From positions 13,843-42,563 of the forward strand of contig JASMDC010000031.1 in assembly GCA_030753015.1 (NCBI GenBank): DNA of 28,721 nucleotides, read 5' to 3'. Shown piece after piece: positions 26,131 through 28,721 of this stretch (the first letter of the stretch is position 1; every line of letters begins with the position of its first letter). The notes under the pieces were generated by a model. The model was not told where the DNA came from, searched no databases, and saw nothing but the letters and a program-made list of their open reading frames with translations. The translations under genes and the position numbers were made by a program. The stretch is from Candidatus Undinarchaeales archaeon (lineage in GTDB: Archaea > SpSt-1190 > JASMDC01).

Positions 26131-27996
26131 TCAGAGCGTGACCTCTTCCATGCCCTTCAACAGGAGGACAACGTCACGCAGCTCCTCCGGCTCCCTGGCG
26201 AGCAACCACTCCCCGTCAAAGATAGTCTCCTCGACGACCTCGGTGATCCACGTGACCGAGTGGAGGTAGAACGTATGCTCGTCGTGGGAGGAGGCAATGA
26301 TGAAGAGAGCATAGACCGGTGGAGAACCCTTCCCAAGGGATATGCCTTCCTTGCACCTGATCATGACGATCTCGAATCCGCTGTGCCCCTTGATAGGGAC
26401 GGACAGAACTGCGCTCCCGGGCTTGATCTGCCTGATGTCCCGCTCCTTATGTTCCATCAGGAGTTGGTAGAGGTCGTTCACCCGCATGTCCACGCGTGGT
26501 GCCAGGGCCCGCGCCACGGAGCGCGAGAACGAGCTCGGTGTGTGGGACCTCGGTAGGTCGAGCACCACTGCGTTCTCCATCAGACGATTGAACCGTGCAT
26601 CGCTCACGTCGTCACGCACCATCAGGATCTCCCGCAGTTCCTCGTCGAGGAGGTAGGTGGTGGTCCTGATCCCGACGATCCGCTCCACCATGTGGAGGAG
26701 CGCGTACTGCCGGTCGATGGTGCCGCGGGCGTAGAGGAGGTACCACAGGAGGGACACGGTGACGAACCCTGCCACGAGGACCAGCTGTGTCAGGCCCATG
26801 AATCCGATGAGAAGTCCGTAGCACACGATACCGATGATCTGGACCCACGGGTAGCCCGGGGAGCGGAACTTGGGGCGGTAGTACTGCACGTTGCTCTCCC
26901 GCATGAGGATCACTGAGAGGTTCACCAGCATGAACAGCATCAGCGCGAGGGTGGACGCCGTCTTGACCAGGGTGGGGATGTCGAGGAACAGGATCACGGC
27001 CACCATGAACCCGGCGGTAGCGAGGATGGCGACCCACGGGGTGCCCCGGGCCGATACCCACTCGAAGCACCTGGGGATGAGCTCATCCCTGCCCATGGCC
27101 ATGGCCGTCCGCGACGCGGCGAGGATCCCTGCGTTGGCGGTGGTGATGAAGGCCAGGATGGCGGCGATGGCCATGACCGCGCTACCGCTGAATCCCACGA
27201 GGGCGTCGGCACCCTGGGAGATCGGCGTGAGGGAGCCCGCAAGCTCCTGGCCGTCGACGAGCCCCACGGTGACGAACAACACCGCAACGTACAGGAACGA
27301 CACCAGTGCCCACGATATGAACATCCCCAGGGGAAGGTCGCGCCCGGGGTCCTTGACCTCCTCGGAGACGCTGGCCACCTTCGTGAGGCCGCCGAACGAG
27401 ATGAAGATGACGCCTGCGGTCGCGAGGACCGAGCCAAGGCCGTGGGGCATGAAGGGTGTGAAGCGGTCCATTTCCACCGCCCGGGCGCCGAGGCCCAGGT
27501 AGGTGAAGAGGAGCAGGATGAGGACGGTCACCATGGTGGTCTGGAGCCCTCCCGTGAGCTTGATACCCTCGATGTTCACTGCCGTGAAGAACAGGCAGCA
27601 GGCGATGGCGGCCACCTTGATATGCGTGACGGGGATGCTCGGCTCCAGCAGCACGAACATCACACCCATCCCCAGGAGGGCGAAGGCGCTCTTCAGGGCC
27701 AGTGCGAACCACGAGGCGAACCCGGCGATGGTGCCGAACCGGGGCCCCATGCTCCGGTCGATGAAGAAGTAGACGCCGCCGGCCTTGGGCATGGCGGTTG
27801 AGAGCTCGGCCTTGGAGAGGAGGGCCGGGATCACGAGGAGGCTGGCCAGGGCATAGGCAAGGATGATCCCGGGTCCCGCTTTCGCGAACATCAGCCCGGG
27901 CAGGACGAAGAGGCCCGAGCTGATCATCGCCCCCGAGGCGATACTGACTAGGTGGATGAGGTTCAGCTCTTTCTTGAGCTCCATTCGGGGCCTCAT
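26131..27996 (-). CDS. APC-family amino acid permease with C-terminal PTS EIIA-like domain
   Basis: GAMISSGLFVLPG, AELSTAMPKAGG, SEEVKDPGRDLP, ASRTAMAMGRD, about 12 TMs; soluble tail VMIRCKEGISL...VYALFIIAS. Confidence 0.88.
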   Translation of the reverse strand: MRPRMELKKELNLIHLVSIASGAMISSGLFVLPGLMFAKAGPGIILAYALASLLVIPALLSKAELSTAMPKAGGVYFFIDRSMGPRFGTIAGFASWFALALKSAFALLGMGVMFVLLEPSIPVTHIKVAAIACCLFFTAVNIEGIKLTGGLQTTMVTVLILLLFTYLGLGARAVEMDRFTPFMPHGLGSVLATAGVIFISFGGLTKVASVSEEVKDPGRDLPLGMFISWALVSFLYVAVLFVTVGLVDGQELAGSLTPISQGADALVGFSGSAVMAIAAILAFITTANAGILAASRTAMAMGRDELIPRCFEWVSARGTPWVAILATAGFMVAVILFLDIPTLVKTASTLALMLFMLVNLSVILMRESNVQYYRPKFRSPGYPWVQIIGIVCYGLLIGFMGLTQLVLVAGFVTVSLLWYLLYARGTIDRQYALLHMVERIVGIRTTTYLLDEELREILMVRDDVSDARFNRLMENAVVLDLPRSHTPSSFSRSVARALAPRVDMRVNDLYQLLMEHKERDIRQIKPGSAVLSVPIKGHSGFEIVMIRCKEGISLGKGSPPVYALFIIASSHDEHTFYLHSVTWITEVVEETIFDGEWLLAREPEELRDVVLLLKGMEEVTL

Positions 27997-28012
27997 TTGC
28001 CGTTCAAGCTTA

Positions 28013-28615
28013 TTAACCGTTCGGGCTTGCGGCGGTGACCAGCGCGCTTCGGACGAGCTTCATACCGGCCCAGAGAGCGTCGAGCTGGAAATGTTTGCTA
28101 GCGGTGCGGTCCACGAGCATGGTGGCCCGTGCGGGGAACTCCTCGTCCTCCAACCAGAGCAGGACGGCGATTGGGAGACGGGGGAGCAGGAGGAAAGAGA
28201 AGGCCGCGTCCGCGTATTGCTCGGGCCGGCCACCGAGCGTCTTGCAGGCCTCCTCGAAGGCGCCCCTGTCGCTCCCGAACCGCTCGACGATCCTGTTGAC
28301 GGGCACCTCGTGGGGTCTAATGAAGAACTCGCGTCCTCCAATAAGGTCACGCGGGCCCACCCATTCGCCGGACGGAGGGATCTCCTCTGCACCCAGCAGG
28401 TATGAGACTATGACGGTATTGCGCATGAAGTCGGATTTGGACGGAGCTGGCGGCTCGGTCCGGGCGACCTCGCGTTTACTCGGATCAACGCGATAGACCT
28501 CGTTCAGCACATAGATCTCGTATGCGCCGTCTCCATCGAGCCTCACACCGGCCCGGCGGGCGACCTCAGCGGGCTCCAGAGCAACCAGCCTTTTCCACAG
28601 CTCGGCACATACCAT
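28013..28615 (-). CDS. DUF3786-like protein
   Basis: YLL...PSGEWVGPRDLIGGREFF, FEEACKTLGG, LPRLPIAVLLWLEDEEFPARATMLVD...LD. Confidence 0.8.
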   Translation of the reverse strand: MVCAELWKRLVALEPAEVARRAGVRLDGDGAYEIYVLNEVYRVDPSKREVARTEPPAPSKSDFMRNTVIVSYLLGAEEIPPSGEWVGPRDLIGGREFFIRPHEVPVNRIVERFGSDRGAFEEACKTLGGRPEQYADAAFSFLLLPRLPIAVLLWLEDEEFPARATMLVDRTASKHFQLDALWAGMKLVRSALVTAASPNG

Positions 28616-28721
28616 CTTTGAGGGCTCGTAGTGACCTCCAATGTTTTAACTCTTTTTTTGTTTCGACGGGAAGTCCCCTTACGAGAGGGAGGGGATGGAG
28701 TCGAAAGGGAAATCTGCATGG

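Noticed and set aside
25656-26269. Track ORFs across the RNA genes
   Set aside because: Region is explained by SRP RNA and tRNA-Ser.
26100-28721. Island integrated at tRNA-Ser
   Set aside because: No integrase and no duplicated tRNA 3' end seen in the window.
28616-28721. Cobalamin riboswitch or SECIS element
   Set aside because: Only isolated GGGAA words; no B12 box and no in-frame UGA selenoprotein candidate nearby.

Overview
Gene-dense archaeal chromosomal segment, shown by a long Alu-containing SRP RNA, Dph2, RFC large subunit, archaeal-type AsnRS and TATA boxes about 25-30 nt upstream of starts. No transposase, integrase, CRISPR array or rRNA is visible. Positions 1-15.2 kb hold a phosphohexomutase-superfamily enzyme, rfcL and many uncharacterised surface proteins: a Gly-rich adhesin-like protein, a lipoprotein of about 27 Cys-pair repeats and a membrane protein with the same repeat. 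Also there are a TPR protein, two winged-helix proteins and a degenerate TraB-like protein. Positions 15.2-21.2 kb hold two YbjN-like paralogs, asnS, an unlisted 47-aa Cys-rich microprotein, a UbiV-like plus UbiU-like U32 Fe-S pair, an Fe-S flavoprotein and chorismate synthase. Positions 21.3-28.7 kb hold a GT2/GT-C/ACT operon, dph2, SRP RNA, tRNA-Ser(GGA), an APC permease-EIIA-like fusion and a DUF3786-like gene. The best candidates for new biology are the archaeal UbiUV-like cluster beside aroC and an SRP RNA that has lost both conserved S-domain tetraloops. Family calls rest on motif recognition and remembered sequences; no database search was run.
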